Shown: one piece after another, positions 63,176 to 64,000 of the stretch
Layout: the number at the start of each line of letters is the position of its first letter
Numbering within the stretch: the first letter of the stretch is position 1
NCBI RefSeq assembly: GCF_018977255.1
Contig: NW_024704742.1
Coordinates: 13,022,001 to 13,086,000, forward strand
Source of the DNA: Callorhinchus milii
Taxonomy: Eukaryota
DNA: 64,000 bases
Reading direction: 5' to 3'
Notes under the pieces: generated by a model
Database searches by the model: none
Told to the model about the DNA's origin: nothing
What the model saw: only the letters and a program-made list of their open reading frames with translations
Made by a program: the position numbers and the translations under genes

Positions 63176-64000
63176 CTCATTGAAGGAATGCATGAAGGAC
63201 AATCTCAAATTTACCCCATATATGATGACAGATTTAATGAGAAACCGTGGAGTAATGAGACAGGGAAAAAAATACTGCAAGTGAGTGTGTGAGAGAGAGT
63301 GTGCATGTGTGCTTGTCTGTGTCTGTGCAAAGTCTCCCTTATTTGTGTTTGTTTTTATGTTGGAACCTTTGAGGCTGTGTTGAAGTTATTTCTAGCTTCC
63401 TTTGCAATCTTTAGTCAGACTACAGAGCGACTTCAGTTTGCTACTTGCTTCTCAAACTCCCTCTAGTCCACCATTACAATTCTGAGCCTTCAGCTACAAA
63501 ACCTCTGACTTCTGGCAATTTGTTCCCAAAGCATTCTGACTCTTCTACCTTCTTTCAAATGTGTTTCAAAGATCTAACCCTTTGATTGTGCCTTCAGTCA
63601 ACTCTAAATTCCCCCTGCTTATTGCCAAGTGTTCATCTCCCCTGTTGTTAAATAATTGAAAGGGTCTTTCACATGATAAAGACACAATATAAATGCTGGC
63701 TGCTGCACTAATCGAGTCCTCTGGGTTTACTTTTACATGAATGCTTTCAGCTAAAAATAGATTTTGATTTGTCTGCAGCCACATTGTGAAAACATGTAAA
63801 AGGATATCATACGCTTGAAATAACTCAATGGAAATTCTGCAATCTCAACTCTGAAGCAATAAGATTAACTCAGACCAATTCACTCCTCTTCCTGGAACAA
63901 TGATCAGAGATTATTGTTATCTTTAAGCAAAGGTTTATTATTTCTTTTCCTGATCAGTAATGTGTTGCCTGACAGAACAAAGGACTCTTAACATCGGTGG

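Noticed and set aside
1..64000. CRISPR arrays, operons or prokaryotic defence systems
   Set aside because: The sequence is a spliced vertebrate locus. The repeats are microsatellites and retroelements, with no repeat-spacer architecture.

Overview
Vertebrate genomic DNA, repeat-rich and AT-rich. The repeat content (L2, CR1, Penelope, tRNA-SINEs) suggests a cartilaginous fish, possibly a chimaera/elephant-shark relative; this is inference. The only supportable host gene is INTS10 (Integrator complex subunit 10) on the minus strand. Sixteen coding exons (numbered 2-17 assuming one missing first exon; 31399 down to the stop at 8031) splice in frame into 2001 nt (666 aa plus stop). The first coding exon is not visible and probably lies in the N-gap at 33542-33566. 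The gene has a U12-type GT-AG intron (11837-12032) and a candidate 72-nt in-frame cassette exon (8737-8808). The rest is mostly decayed mobile DNA: L2 LINEs, two oppositely oriented long CR1 LINEs, a Penelope-like fragment, a Penelope terminal fragment with a degenerate hammerhead core, a solo LTR with a 4-bp TSD, hAT remnants, and many tRNA-derived SINEs with L2-type 3' tails. The most unusual signals are local, non-tandem copies of INTS10 sequence inside its own introns, notably an inverted ~340-bp copy of the exon-3 acceptor fused to an L2 5' end. I see no clear new multi-gene system. Repeat boundaries are approximate; exon boundaries were read at splice sites and checked for phase.
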